Assembly: GCF_006345805.1 (NCBI RefSeq)
Contig: NC_043000.1
Location: 12,028,001 to 12,092,000, forward strand
Source of the DNA: Octopus sinensis
Taxonomy: Eukaryota
Direction of reading: 5' to 3'
DNA length: 64,000 nt
Part shown: positions 26,812-41,639 of the stretch, one piece after another
How the letters are laid out: every line of letters begins with the position of its first letter
Numbering within the stretch: position 1 is the first letter of the stretch
Made by a program: the position numbers and the translations under genes
Notes under the pieces: model-generated
Database searches by the model: none
What the model was told of the DNA's origin: nothing
What the model saw: the letters and a program-made list of their open reading frames with translations, nothing else

Positions 26812-27997
26812 TAATAATAATACTCACACACAACGAACTAGTGGTCAATATGAGGCGACAGAAACAAGAACTTACCCATTATGCAGTGCAGTTGAGTGGA
26901 AATGAACTCGGGACCACGGGATGCGAATTCAACTTCTTAACCACACAACTTCGCCGACATATGTTAATGGACCGCGTGTGCACTTGAGTGAGTATGAGTG
27001 CGCATGTGCGCGCTTATAAACACACACACACGCACACACACACACACACACAACACACACACGCACACACACACACACACACAAAGAAACACACAGACAC
27101 GCGCACGCACACACACACACGAGTACAAGTACAAACACAGATTAAGTATGAGAATGCGTGTATGCATGCGAGTCTATGCGCATGTGAAATGTTCTCTCTC
27201 TCTCTCTCTCTCCCTTTATCTACGTACGCTTGTGTGTATGTGTGTCTAACGTGTGCGTGTGTGTGTGAGTGTGTATATGTACGTGTGAGTGTGTGTATAT
27301 ACGTGTGTGTGTATGAGTGTTTACGTGTGTGAGCGTGTGTGTTTGCGTAGAGTGTGTGTATGTGTGTGTTTGCGTAGAGAGAGAGAGAGAGAGAGTGTGT
27401 GTGTGTGTGTGTATGTGTATGTGTGTGAATGTGTGTGTGTGTATGTACGTATGTGTGTATGTGTGTGTGTAGTGTGTGTGTAGAGTGTATGTGTGTGAGC
27501 GTGTGTGTTTGCGTAGAGTGTGTGTGTGTGTGTAGTGTGTGTGTTTGTGTGTGTGTGTGTGTAGTGTGTGTTTGTGTGTGTGTGTGGTGCATGTTCGTTC
27601 ACCGGCGACTTAAACCTCAACCTTTCCCTGTAGACGGAATCTATCGATTCTTATATATCCGCGGCCATGATGTTTGTTTCCTTATAAATAAAACGTACGA
27701 GAATGAAATTGTTGGTTGGCGCCTTCCCTTCCCAGCATGCAACACTCCTACAGTCAGCAAAACTCTTTCATGTGGAGAATTCTATGTATAATCCAGGGTT
27801 CTCTTAAGCTTTCATTCTTCCTAGCGTTGCTTTGCACGATTCGTTTGGTTCGCTGGTCGTCTGGTTATGGAAGAATGGAGCAATGATGCGGTGGAACTGA
27901 CGATTAATTAAGGAGCTCTCTTCGACATCACCTCCCCACTACTTTTCTTTCTTCCATCCTTCCCGTCTCTTTCCCACCATTTTCTTTCTATCTTTCC

Positions 27998-28050
<53 letters not shown>

Positions 28051-28065
28051 ACTTTCTTTCTTTTT

Positions 28066-28105
<40 letters not shown>

Positions 28106-28563
28106 TTTCTTTCTCTTCTTCTTCTTCTTCTTCTTCTTCTACGCTCGCATCTATATGTGTGTGTGTGTGTGAGTGTGTATGAGTGTGTGTATGAGTGTGT
28201 GTGTGTGAGTGTATGTGTTGTGTGTAATATATATGTATGCATATATGTATATATATATCCTTCGAAACGTAGAGTAGATGAAACCTTAGCGACTGAAGAA
28301 GGGTTTTTTTCGTTGTGTTAACTGTCCTGTATTCCATTTTTGTGTTTTTAAAAATATGTCCTGTTCCTTTGGTTTGTGTCTATGTTTTCGTTTCTCTATG
28401 TGTTCGACGTCCCTTTGGTGTCCTGTACTCATAATGCGTGTGTATATGTACATGTAGAGGTAGGTACGTACATATTGTTTATATATATGCATATGTTTTA
28501 TTTCTTTTATTTATATATATATATATTATATATATATATATATATATAGATATATATATATAT

Positions 28564-28637
<74 letters not shown>

Positions 28638-28679
28638 ATATATATATTGTATAAACACACACACATATATGTATATACA

Positions 28680-28735
<56 letters not shown>

Positions 28736-28792
28736 GAGAGTGAGAGAGAGAGAATGAGAGGGGGAGAGAGAGAGCAAGATTTCACTCAGTAA

Positions 28793-28829
28793 ACTGCTCA
28801 AAGTTTCACGAAATCGATCATCAGGCAGT
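28793..28829 (-). ncRNA. Degenerate minimal hammerhead (Penelope-like remnant)
   Basis: Minus: ACTGC-CTGATGA-T-CG-ATTT-CG-T-GAAAC-TTTGA-GCAGT; stem I 5 bp and core intact, NUH site defective. Confidence 0.55.
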
Positions 28830-28989
28830 CGTGATATATCTGAGTGTTTTGTTTTGCACCTGTGAGCTCGGATGTGTGTGTGTGTGTGCTCAAGGTGTTC
28901 GGGCAAAATATGACGAATTTTTACGTCTTCTTTCTTCAGGAACAATTTGATGTGTCGGTGAGCAGTTAACGGCGTTTGGAGAGCATAGA

Positions 28990-30060
28990 AATTAATGTTG
29001 TAGTTGAGAAAAAGTTAGTTGACATGGATGACTGGAAGCCATATCTGAATATTGGTAAAGAGTTACTTGTATCACGATGATTTGGGCTGAGTATCATAAT
29101 GCCAGCATCACGAATGCTGCTCAATGCTCTGTGAACACTGTAAATGCTGTAAAACGTGACGTGGACATCATGGAAGCCAATTGTGGTGGTCTTTGGGTGT
29201 ATTTTCAGTGAGTGTGACGTCATGCCACCTCACATCTTTGAAGAGGGCCTTAGGCTCAATTCAGACAGCTATGGGAAGCTACTGGAAACGGGTCAAACTC
29301 TGGCTGGGGAGGGTTATTGCAGGAAGGCCATAAGTGTGACAGCAGGCGGCTGCGAGCTGGCAGAAAGGTTAGCATGCCGGGCGTAATGCTTAGCAGTATT
29401 TCGTCTGTCGCTACGTTCTGACTTCAAATACCGCCGAGGTCGGCTTTGCCTTTCATCCTTTCGGGGTCGATTAAATAAGTACCAGTTACACACTGGGGTC
29501 GATGTAATCGACTTAATCCCTTTGTCTGTCCTTGTTTGTCCCCTCTGTGTGTAGCCCCTTGTGGGTAGTAAAGAAATAGGTATTTCATCTGCCGCTACGG
29601 ATAGGGGAGTGAACTGGCAGAAACGTTAGCACGTTCTGCCGCTACGTTCTGAGTTCAAATTCCGCCGAAGTCGACTTTGCCTTTCATACTTTCGGGATCG
29701 ATAAATGAAGTACCAGTTACGTTACGTACTGGGCTCGATGTAATCGACTTAATCCCTTTGTCTGTCTTGTTTGTCCCAGAGTCAGAAGTAGTTGTTAGAG
29801 AATTTCTATGATACCACAGCCCCAATTTCTGGTCTCCTAATTCCCCAATTTTAATTCCGTGAATTACTATATATGTGGCGCGGTTCAGAAAGACACCAAC
29901 AAACTCTGTTTTTAAAATTAAGGATGAGTTGGTTGCTAAGATCAAAGAGGTGTTCGAATATCTTCCCAGGGACAAAAGGAGAAACGCATGCACCAGATTC
30001 CGAAGCTGTCTCGCGGCCGTGGTGGAAGCTGAGCGCTACTTCTTTGAGTAAACTGTTATC
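28990..30060 (+). mobile_element. Tc1/mariner (maT/DD37D-like) transposase remnant interrupted by a family-B SINE array (29343-29778)
   Basis: VVVFGCIFSECDVMPPHIFEEGLRLNSDSY..WxQQ before the SINE, and FWSPNSP..NYYMW..KDELVAKIKEVF..NACTRFRSCLAAVVEA after it. Confidence 0.75.
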
Positions 30061-30293
30061 TTTCAGCCATATTCTAGTTGAACTTTTTGATATTTTAAAA
30101 AATACTTTTATTTTTTGATGGCATCGTTATTATACTTTTCAAATTGTCTACAATATTTTTGATCTTAGCTAAAACGACGAGAAGCTGCCTTTTTGGCTAA
30201 GAAAATCATTGAAATTTATTCGGATTTCCATGAGGGCGAAATTACAGATGGTAACCCAAAACTCCACAGTGCAGAATGTTCTTGTACACAAAT

Positions 30294-30376
<83 letters not shown>

Positions 30377-30649
30377 TATTGAGTAATCAAGCCGAAGTTG
30401 AAGCCTCTGTGGGTTAACTCGATTAGCCAAAATTAGTAGGCAATCCTCCCTCAAATCATACTCTACGTTTTCGAAAAGATTGTGGTCTCGTGGGTACTGT
30501 ACCGAGTGAAAATAAGAGGCGTGGTGGTTATGGCGGAATGTCGTTCATGAAACCTGGTGGGTTGTGGGGCATCTAGACAGCAATAACAACAACAACAACA
30601 ACATCAGAAGAAGTAGCAACATCAACTACAACAGCAGTACTAATGCTAT

Positions 30650-31421
30650 ACTCTCTTTTACTCTTTTACTTGTTTCAGTCATGTGACTGTGGCCATGCTG
30701 GAGCACCGCGTTTAGTCGAGCAAATCGATCCCAGGACTTATTCTTCGTAAGCCTGGTACTTATTCATTCGGTCTCTTTTGCTGAAACGCGAAGTTACGGG
30801 GACGTAAACAGACCAGCATCGGTTGTCAAGCGATGTTGGTGGGGGGAGACAAAAACAGACACTTATACATATATATATATATATATATATACGATGGGCT
30901 TCTTTCAGTTTCCGTCTATCAAATCCACTCACAAGGCTTTGGTCGGCCCGAGGCTATAGTAGAAGACACTTGCCCAAGGTACCACGCAGTGGGATTGAAC
31001 CCAGGACCATGTGGTTGGGAAGCAAGCTACTTACCACACAGCCACTCCTACACCTATATTATCTTTTAGCTTTTACTTGTCTCAGTCATTACACTGCGGC
31101 CATGGTGGAGCACTGCTTTGCAGGATGTTAGTCGAATGAATCGACCCCAATACTTTTTTTTAGCCCAGTGCTTATTCTATCGATCGCTTTTACCGAACCA
31201 CCAGCTTACGGGAATATAAACACATCAGCACCAGCTGCCAAGCGGTGGTAGGAGACACAAAGACCCACACACACACACACACACAGAAGAAGTAAAATCA
31301 TTTATCTCTCACGAATCTCGCTTATAGTTTTTTTCACTATAACGGCATGCACGTACACTAAAACAAAGCCACACACACACGCGCACAACACACACACACA
31401 CACACACACACACACCACACA

Positions 31422-31470
<49 letters not shown>

Positions 31471-31625
31471 GACGGGGTTTTTTCAGTTTCCGTCTACCAA
31501 ATCCGCTCACAAGGTTTTGGTCGGCCCAAAGCTATAGTAAAAGACACTTGTTCAAGATCTACACAGTGGAACTGAACCCGGAACCATGTGGTTAAGAAGG
31601 AACCTTTTTACCACACAGCCACACA
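30650..31625 (-). mobile_element. Two family-D SINE copies
   Basis: 30650-31055 is complete; 31060-31280 (tail) and 31465-31625 (head) flank a (CA)n array. Confidence 0.85.
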
Positions 31626-31899
31626 TCTTGGGAATGTCATTGGTTTTTACTAATTTCAATTCTGGACAAAATACACCGATATCTCATACAAGTATGACTG
31701 AGGAAGTGTCATCAATGAGTGAATGTATTGAGGTAGGTATCTGGGTGTCCTCGCCAAGCTATTCCCACGGTTGAGTTTGAACCCTGCACGTCAAGTTAAC
31801 ATGCTTTCACCACGTAGTGTTCTTGTTGCATTCGGCGTTAGCGGTGTTATTCATCGTTCTGGTAATTATGTACAAATGAAATCAGCTTGGCCAGCGAAG

Positions 31900-31945
<46 letters not shown>

Positions 31946-32114
31946 ACGTGTGCGCACACGCAAGCATCTATTTATATATGTGCGTGTGTGTATGTGTATG
32001 TGTGTGTGTGATTTCTTTGCGCTTATACGTGTGAGAAACATTTTTTTTCCATATTGCCTCTGATTGTCTGATAGCTTTCGTCGGCGAAACTTCAAAGCCA
32101 CAATCAACTTTTTA

Positions 32115-32477
32115 GTGTATGTATGTGCGTGTGTGAGTGTGTGAGTGTGTGTGTGTGTGTGTGTGTATGCATGTATGTATGTATGTATTTATGTATGTGT
32201 GTGTATATATATGTATGTATACATATGAATGTGGATATATATTTATATGTATACAAACACATATATATGCATATATATATATATATATATATACTTACAT
32301 ACATGTATATACATATATATGTATGTATATATATGTATATATATATATATACACGGATATATATATACAGATATATATACATAAATGTATATATACACAC
32401 TCATATGCACAGATGTATAGAAACATACATTTATGCAAACATACATACATACATACACACACATACATACATACATG

Positions 32478-32508
<31 letters not shown>

Positions 32509-33454
32509 GCATACATACATGCATACATACATACATGCATACATACATACATACATACATACATACATACATACATACATACATACATACACACACGCAT
32601 ACATACATACATAGCTACATACACACACACACACATACATACATACATACATACATACATACATACATACATACATACATACACACACACATACATACAC
32701 TCATACATACATATATACATACATACATACATACACACACACTCATACATACATACACACACGCATACATACATGCATACATACATACATACATGCATAC
32801 ATGCATACACACACACTCATACATACATACATACATACATACATACATACATACATACACACACGCATACATGCATACATACATACATATAGGCATACAT
32901 GCATACATACATACATACATACATACATACATGCATACATGCATATATTTATGCATACATATGTAAAGAATCCGGTTTTTACAGATACAATGTACGAATA
33001 AGGACATTCTTAAGCACACCTTAGCGGTACGCATTCCCAAGCATAGAAACACAACACAAACGGACAATCTCAATGAACACGCACACACACACTCACACAT
33101 ACACGCACATGCGCACACACATCCCATCAGATAGACACTCATACATCTATCATGAACATACACACAGCTATCATACATACACTCACAAGCACATTCCTTC
33201 AGACAGACAGAGACACACACACACGCATATTTATCATATACACATATCTTCACATACACACATCTGTCTACACCACACACACACAAACCTGCAAATAGAC
33301 ACATTCACATCTATGATAGACATACATATACCTTCAGGTTGACATACATCCTTCATATACACACGCACACACGCCCAAACATACACACCACACGTGAAGC
33401 GAGCGGGCGCACAAACACACACACACAGGGTCATAAACATACACAAATACACAG

Positions 33455-33498
<44 letters not shown>

Positions 33499-33500
33499 GA
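32115..33500. repeat. (TG)/(TA)/(CATA)/(CA) microsatellite block
   Basis: Direct inspection. Confidence 0.95.
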
Positions 33501-34029
33501 ACGCACCTACGAAGCCGTTGTCTTCTTCCTTTGCTGAGTGAGTCGCAGCATGTCTTTTAACACTGACTTCATTGCCTACGGTTAATCTACATCAAACTTC
33601 AACCAAGAAGACAACAATAGGTCTAATGAATACTTATTAATTAATAAGTCTTCTGCCGGCAATTATCAACCTTTCATCTGCCGTAATCGCCGGACAATTT
33701 TCTGCTGATCAAATTCTTCAGAAAATTCGCAGAAATAATCCAATGTCAAAATTGTAAAATGATCACCCTCCCTTTCCTCACACACACACAGAGCTGGAAA
33801 AGGAGAGATATTTTGCTATGTATCTCACGATGTGTAATGTATGAGGCGATGTATAATTATAGCGGAATTGGCGATAAGAAAATTCAGTAAAAAGTTAAAA
33901 AAAAAAGAAAGTAAAAAGAAAAAAATTCATTTATATTGCAGTATTTAGCAGAGATAAAATTGAGCGTGTGCAAAGACAAAGAGGTAACGCCAAGTTACTC
34001 ACTGTAAGTCAATAATAATAACAATAATA

Positions 34030-35225
34030 GAAGCCAATGATGGTGACAGTGTTACACCCGGTAGGCTCAGAGATTCTGGTCCGGCTCCAGCCTGTCGATA
34101 TCCAGAAAGGGACCACCACACACGGCGTAGATGGAGCAAACAAATTAATTTTGTGGTCATGGAGTGTTACTATCTGAGCAACCCGGTAGATGAAAATGGT
34201 GCTCAAATTAGGGGTTACCGACAATGTATGATCATTGGAGAGAAAAGGGATTGTTTCAACTCACGGAACAGAGACTATGTGATCAAGCTAGAGCAATAAG
34301 AAAAAAATTGTTGGTTCACAGAGGTAGAGCTCGAAGCTATCAAAAGATGGGTCATGGACAATAGCAGCATAGAAAAGAATGAAAATACACTTCTTACTAA
34401 TAAGAGTAATCTTATAGCACAGGAAAGGAGCAGTGGTAGTTTACTTGATGAGAGACATAGAGATGATCTAAAAGAAGATGATAAAACTAATAGCGACATG
34501 ACAGATGAACAAAAGGCAATCTACGACAGAATAAAGGTAAGACTACAGGAGAACGATAGCGACATTATTTGCAACCTTAAAAGGTTCATCGATGGAAATT
34601 GAACCAAGAAACGAATAATGTCAATGAAATTCTGAAATACATCAGAACAAACAACATCACAGAAACAAATAATTTGATCAAGGCAGCAAGTATTCTTGTA
34701 GCTGAAAATGTGTCGATGTCAAGAAAAAGAAACACAATGGGAGTGACAAAAGAAAAGATCCATGATGGGAAAGAAGAATCCAGTCAGGGTTAGTTAGACA
34801 TGCTCGCGAAGAAAATCTCTGTTTTAGACCAAAAAGAGAAAGAGGAGCTTAAAAGTGAACAAAAATACAGGGCGCAGAAAAGGAAGTATAATATTGAAAG
34901 AAAGGGCCTGAAAGTAGTAGAGGAGGAATTGAAACAGCGCCTCGTTGCAAAGAAAGCAAAGATGGTAAGAAGCGACCAAAGAATGAAGGGTTACCACCAG
35001 AATAGGTTATTCAGAATAGATCAGAAGAGATTCTATAAAGGTGTACAGATGAAAAGTTGATATTTGATAACATTGAAAGTCAAAGGTTTTAGAGTGACAT
35101 CTGGAGCAAAGACAAAGAACACAAGAAGGATGCTGAATGGTTGCAAGAACTGAAACAAACAGTAGTCTGTCCAAAACAGGCAGAACTAGTCATTTCAGTT
35201 AGGGAAGTGAAAGAAATCAGAAAAA
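34030..35225 (+). mobile_element. R4/Dong-clade N-terminal region (decayed)
   Basis: CYYLSNP..RGYRQ..TEQRLCDQARAI..WFTEVELEAIK, NNITETNNLIKAASILV, LKQRLVAKKAK..HQNRLFRIDQKRFY; preceded by AATAATAAT. Confidence 0.8.
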
Positions 35226-35226
35226 A

Positions 35227-35760
35227 AACAAGGACAGACGCAGGGATTAAGTCGATTATATCGACTCCAGCGCGTAACTGGTACTTATTTAATCGACCCC
35301 GAAAGGATGAAAGGCAAAATCGACCTCGGCGGAATTTGAACTCAGAAGAAGGTAACGGCAAACGAAAAACCTATTTCTTTACTACCCACAAGGGGCTAAA
35401 CACAGAGAGGACAAACAAGGACAGACAAACGGATTAAGTCGATTATATCGATCCCAGTGCGTAACTGGTACTTAATTTATCGACCCTGAAAGGATGAAAG
35501 GCAAAATCGACCTCGGCGGAATTTGAACTCAGAAGAAGGTAACGGCAAACGAAAAACCTATTTCTTTACTACCCACAAGGGGCTAAACACAGAGAGGACA
35601 AACAAGGACAGACAAACGGATTAAGTCGATTATATCGATCCCAGTGCGTAACTGGTACTTAATTTATCGACCCCGAAAGGATGAAAGGCAAAGTCGACCT
35701 CGGCGGAATTTGAACTCAGAGCGTAGCGGCAGAACGTGCTAACGTTTCTGCCAGTTCACT
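35227..35760 (-). mobile_element. Family-B SINE trimer
   Basis: Junctions at 35371/2 and 35558/9 (187-bp period). Confidence 0.9.
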
Positions 35761-35797
35761 CCCCTATCCAAAGCAAAATAGAATTGAAGGAAATAAT

Positions 35798-35999
35798 AGG
35801 CGCAAACCTGGCTGTGTGGATAAGAAGCTCGCTTTGCAGCTTCGTCGTTTCGTGTTCGGTCCTGTTGCTCGGCACTTTGGGCAAGTGTCTTCCACTAAAG
35901 CCCCGGTCGATTAATGCCTTGTGAAATCTGTGTGAATTTGGTAAACGGAAACTGTGTGGCAGTCTGTCTTATGTATGTGTATGTGTGTGTTTAAATATG

Positions 36000-36044
<45 letters not shown>

Positions 36045-36305
36045 TATGTGTGTGTGTGTGTGTGCGTAGTTATGTATGTATAGTGCATGTGTGTGTGTGC
36101 TAGTGTCTGTCTTCAACTCACTCCACCACTCGACAACGGTGTTGTTTTGTTTACGTCTCCGTAATGTACCAGTTCGGCAAAAAATTATGATAGAATAAGG
36201 ACCAGATTTTAAAAATAAACTCTGGTGTCGATTTGTTCGAAAAAAAACCTTCGATGTGATACTCCAGCATGGCCGCAGTCTAATGATTGAAGCACGTAAA
36301 AGATA
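35798..36305 (+). mobile_element. Older family-D SINE
   Basis: Diverged head, internal (TG)n and tail CTCCAGCATGGCCGCAGTC. Confidence 0.8.
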
Positions 36306-36359
36306 TGTTTCTTTATTTTAGAAGATAAAAAGATGAAAGACGAAAGATTGGTCAGAACG

Positions 36360-36672
36360 TCCACCTGCCCGCCTGCCTGCCTATCTGTCCGCCTGCCTGC
36401 CTGTCCGCCTGCCTGCCTGTCTGTCCGCCTGCCTGCCTGCCTGTCCGCCTGCCTCCCCGCCTGCTTGCCTGCTCGCGCGCCTTCTTGCCCGCCTGCCTAC
36501 CTGCCTACCCGCCAGCCTGCTAGCCTGTCCGCCTACCTGCCTGCTTACCCGCCTGTCTTCCCGCCCGCCTGCCTACCTGCCTACCCGCCAGCCAGCCTGC
36601 CCGCCTGCTTACCTGCCCGCCCGCCTGCCTGCCTGTCCGCCTGCCTGCCTGCCTGTCCGCCTGCCTGCCAGC
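36360..36672. repeat. (GCCT)n microsatellite
   Basis: Direct inspection. Confidence 0.9.
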
Positions 36673-37047
36673 TGTAGCTCATATCGTTATTTTGTGCATC
36701 CAAAAGCACTGATTAACATTCTTTGAGCAAATTGGAATTGAAAAACACCCAACATCTTCCGTAGAAGACTACTATAGTCCGTTATAGTGTCACAATTTAT
36801 GTTTGTTCGCTTTTTGCAAACAATCTATCTTTACATGATGCTTGTATTCCAAACCTAACTACGCCCGTGTTATTTTTACTTCATCGGAAAAGCCATGGCA
36901 CCAACGATGTCTGATTTTATTTCTAAGTTGTCAATTTGATTTAAGAAGGACAGTGAATCTCACTGAGTTTTTCATCCTCATCTTACAGGAGAGGCATCAT
37001 GATTGTTTTGTAGAAGTTCTTTCTCACCCGTTTTAGCTGTTTTTAGT

Positions 37048-37430
37048 GGAGGCGCAATGGCCCAGTGGTTAGGGCAGCGGACTCGCGGTCATAGGATCGC
37101 AGTTTCGATTCCCAGACCGGGCGTTGTGAGTGTATATTGATGGAAAACACCTAAAGCTCCACGCGGCTCCGGCAGGGATGGTGGTGATCCCTGCTGTACT
37201 CTTTCACCACAACTTTCTCTCACTCTTACTTCCTGTTTCTGTTGTACCTGTATTTCAAAGGGCCGGCCTTGTCACTCTCTGTGTCACGCTGAATATCCCC
37301 GAGAACTACGTTAAGGGTACACGTGTCTGTGGAGTGCTCAGCCACTTACACGTTAATTTCACGAGCAGGCTATTCCGTTGATTCGGATCAACCGGAACCC
37401 TCATCGTCGTAACCGACGGAGTGCTTCCAT
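37048..37430 (+). mobile_element. Family-A SINE, full length
   Basis: Near-identical to 2797-3180; TSD-like TGTTTTTAG on both sides. Confidence 0.9.
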
Positions 37431-37931
37431 TCCCCCAGTTGTTTTTAGCAGATTTCTTGTTTCCTTTTTAAAAAGTTTTTTCATTTTGTTCTTTTTTTCC
37501 TTAACGATTCCCACTTTCTTCAATATTCTATGCACTTTTCTTAGCATCCATTGTTTCCTCTTTGTCAAACGACGATGGGTGGTGCTACTTGTTCTAGATT
37601 TTGCAAAAGAAGTGTTTGCGGGATTGTGCCTAGGGCTAAGTATAAAGCATTTTCTACTGCCATTCCCAGAGTTTTGACCGATGATGTTCTGGAAATTAAG
37701 GCATGTTCTTGTCTCCATTTCTTTACTTTTCCCGTTCCTTTGCCTATTCTTTTTACCTCTTGAAGGCATGACAAATGTGGCTGTTACGCTTTTTGCCACG
37801 TATCACTAATCTGTGTCCTTTGTCTCGGCACACTCAACTTGACACAGTTCTGGTATGGCTTTGTAGTAGCTTCCAGGGGTCATTAGGACTTGCAAATCCA
37901 TTTTAATTCTTCTGGCTACACGTCGCCTTTT

Positions 37932-38310
37932 ATTACCTCCGACTTAGCGATGGCGGAGGTATTGTTTTCAGTCGCATTTGTTTGTTTGTTTATTTGTCAG
38001 TGGACAAGATATCTCAAGAACCGCTTGATGGACTCGGATGAAACTTTCAGGAATGTTTGGCCTCGTGACTGGCACGAACTGATTAGATTTTGGGATCGAT
38101 CCGGTACCGGACAAGGATTCTGGATTATTTTTCCTGTTTTTTTTTTTACTTAATTTTTGAGAGCGATGGGGTTCATTTTTAGTATTCTCTTTTGTGAGAG
38201 CAGTCGAGTTTATTTCAGATATTCTCATTTTAAAATTCATCTCTGGCTAATCGTTGAGAGGACGTTGGTGTTGCCTTAGCGGAAGCTTGTGCTCTCTGAG
38301 TACTCTTGTT
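37932..38310 (+). mobile_element. Helentron-associated (HINE/DINE-1-like) non-autonomous element
   Basis: 5' ATTACCTCCG...CGGAGGTA inverted pair, (GTTT)n microsatellite, 3' GCGGAAG sub-TIR plus GTGCTC-TCT-GAGTAC hairpin and a T-rich end. Confidence 0.7.
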
Positions 38311-38789
38311 AGCCTTACTTTAGCCACTCACTTACACTGCGGTAAAAAAAAAAAAAGGTGTCGACCAGTCACGGATCTACATCGTTTCCCATGTCTATTA
38401 TCGTTACTCTTGAATTTCTTTGCCCGTGTACAGGAGCACAAATGTATGGGCAGAGGGATGACTAACAATTTCAGTCTGTGTTTGGTTAAATCTTCGGATT
38501 TAAAAATGCGATAGATAGTGCTATAACATTTAAGGTTGAGAAGATTTCTTCTGGGTTGTCCTTAAGTGCCGTTTGGAATTCCTGTTATGAAGACACGAAC
38601 ATAATCTCTAAAGCACACGCAGATAATTTTCGTTTTCGTTACTCTCTCGTGTATTGGATCCTGCTGTGAAGAAACAGTTTTGTCTCAGTAACCAATAGTA
38701 ACAGGTGCATTTAAATGCCTAATTGACAGTTTATATAAGCTTGGATTTTCAGAAAAAGAAATCAACCAACTGATTTGCACATTACAATT

Positions 38790-39147
38790 ATAATCTTGAA
38801 GTAGAACAATAAGAATACACAAGCGTTTTCTCAAGTGCTAGTGCATGCATATACAGCTGCGTGCGTGCGCACATACACGCGACTACTGTCCAAATCTCCG
38901 ACCAATCACATACAGCTTGCTGGCATTCAATTGGCGTATCAAGTTTCGGGCATTTTGACTGGGTTTTGGATAGAAAATTCACAAAAAAGTCACTTTTATT
39001 GATCTTTTTAATGGCTTTGCGGGGTGACTGGGGAAATGTAAAGATGTGTACGACCACCCTTGGACGGTTTTGAATGACCATACAAAGTGCGAGCACTCTA
39101 ACTGAAAAATTGTGGATTTGTATAAAGGACACGCACACACACACACG

Positions 39148-39191
<44 letters not shown>

Positions 39192-39215
39192 TTTTGTCGT
39201 TTATATATAGAGGGA
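38790..39215 (-). mobile_element. Probable Helitron-like element, 5' part
   Basis: Minus strand starts A|TCCCTCTATATATAAA then (TG)n, like the other Helitron 5' ends; no hairpin-CTAG end found. Confidence 0.45.
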
Positions 39216-39712
39216 TAAAACGTGACATTACTTTCGTTGTCTACATTCCAGTGATGGAGCTTTGTATCTTTCTTAGAAACCAGCACGGAAGAATTTAAAT
39301 AGTTAAAAGCGCAAGAGGACAAACGTACATACATACATACATACATACATACATACATACATACATACATACATACATACATGCGGACCGATCACCCAAA
39401 CGGCTTTTGCATTATCTAAGATCTTCGAATGTTCTCCCACGGATTAGACGAAATTTAACTAAAAGTAAAACGAATATTACAAGAAAGCACCTTAAGATAA
39501 ATCTGCTTTTGTTAAGAATATCATATTACGAGGATATTAGACGCTTAATATCTTGAATATCAAAAGTAAGCACAAGACAAAAGTAGTGTGAAAAGCACCT
39601 TTGATCCATAGTCAATGTTAGTGATTCACTTCCTACGTGTAACCAACACGGTGTTGGTAACGAAAGAGAAATAATGAAGTCATAAAAACGTTTAAACTAT
39701 CAAGTACAACAT

Positions 39713-39795
<83 letters not shown>

Positions 39796-39821
39796 GTTAA
39801 TAAGAAATAACCTTACATAAA

Positions 39822-40680
39822 GGCGCAGGCGTGACAGTGCGGCAAGAAGTTTGCTTTCTCAGCACATGGTTTTGGGTTCAGAGTTCAGGGTTCAGCCTCA
39901 CTGCACGTTAACCTGGCACCTTTTCTACTATAGCCGCGGGTCGACCAAAGCCTTGTGAGTAGACCTGACAGACGGAAACTATGTGGAATCCCGTCGTACC
40001 GAAATATATATATGTGTGTTTGTATATACTCTTTACTCTCTTTTTACTCTTTTACTTGTTTCAGTCATTTGACTGCGACCATGCTGGAGCACCGCCTTTA
40101 GTCGAGCAAATCGACCTCAGGACTTATTCTTTGTAAGCCTAGTACTTATTCTATCGGTCTCTTTTGCCGAACCGCTATGTTACGGGGACGTAAACACACC
40201 AGCATCGGTTGTCAAGCAATGCTGGAGGGACAAACACAGACACACAAACACACACGCACATACATATACATATATATATATATATATATAAATACATATG
40301 ACGGGATTCTTTCAATTTCCGTCTATAGCCCGAGGCTATAGTAAAAGTCACTTGCCCAAGGTGCCACGCAGTGGGACTGAACCCGGAACCATGTAGTCCT
40401 TAAGCATGCTACTTACTATACAGCCTCTCCTACGCCTATATATATATATATATGTACATGCACGTATATGTATCTTTGTGTTTGTGCTTGTCCTCCATTA
40501 CCCCTTGATAACCAGTGTTGGTTTGTTTACGTCCCCATAACTTAGAAATTCGACAAAAGATGGTGATAGATTAAAAACCAGACTTAAAAATAAGTACTGA
40601 GGTTGACCTGTTCAACTAACACCTTCAAGGTAGGGCCCCAGCATGGTCGCTGTCCAATGACTGAAACAAGTAAAAGATGT
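39822..40680 (+). mobile_element. Family-D SINE with a second family-D copy (40028-40438, minus) nested in its TA array
   Basis: Plus-strand head 39822-40000 and tail 40475-40680 surround an inverted younger copy. Confidence 0.8.
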
Positions 40681-41639
40681 ACATAAATACTGAGAAATAA
40701 TGTGGATGAAATCATGCTGTTTGACTTGGGTCCTTTGTTTCCTTCGACTGTGGACTCTGGACGTGCTTCCTATTCTGTTTAAACGTTCAGAAATTTACTA
40801 CAAATTAATTATCTTCATCGATATTTTGCCTAATTGCACGAATTTTATCATCAGGTTTTGGATAGTTTAGTTTGGGCAGTGGAGAAGAGAGAGACAGAAA
40901 GAGAGATACTGAGAGAGAGGGAAAGTGAGAAAAAGAGAGATACAAAGAGAGGGGGAGAGAGAGGGAAAGAGAGAAGAGAGAGAGAGTGATAGATAGATCG
41001 ATAGATAGAAGGAGAGAGAGAGAGAGACAGAGAGAGTGAGAGAGGTGTCTTCTGTAGCAACACTCCCTGTTGTTTGAAGACGCCATATTTAATTTAAGCA
41101 AATATAAGGTTAGCACTTAAGCTAATCTCTTTATCCTTGATGAAAACGTTTTAATGGAAATTCAAGAGATATCCACTTCTGTCGAAAATGATTGTAGTTT
41201 TTATGGTTTAACCATTGGTAAAAACAAAAAGTATCGTGGGCATCACACAGGGATTTTTGCAGGGGCTCTTCGAAAGGAAGAGAGAAATTAACTTCGACTC
41301 GTGGATTATAACAGAACGGACTCCACTAATAGTACACAAGGAATAGCCGGAGTGTTAAACCGAATGAACGATTAAAATTTAGTAGTTAAAACCAAGGTCA
41401 GTCCATACAACGACCGACGGTAGATTTTCTGTCCACTCATGCTTGCCTCGATCCGAAACTATGTTAGAAAACACAAGCGAAAGGACCATTAGATTTGGAA
41501 TCACGTGCAAACGTCTTAACCAATCGGTGACGCATGTGCCGTGTGATCCATCGCGGTTAGGCATTGAATGCTGAATTCCAAATAACTGTAATGGTAGAAT
41601 GTACACAAGAACTAATAATTGTGTTTATTTTAATTTCCC

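Noticed and set aside
35227-35760. CRISPR-like or retrozyme array
   Set aside because: Units are whole SINE copies with no unique spacers, and I found no CUGANGA/GAAA hammerhead core in them.
37430-37890. 132-aa minus-strand ORF as a gene
   Set aside because: A neighbouring frame shows a LALGTIP motif suggesting a decayed LINE 3' end; too degraded to call.
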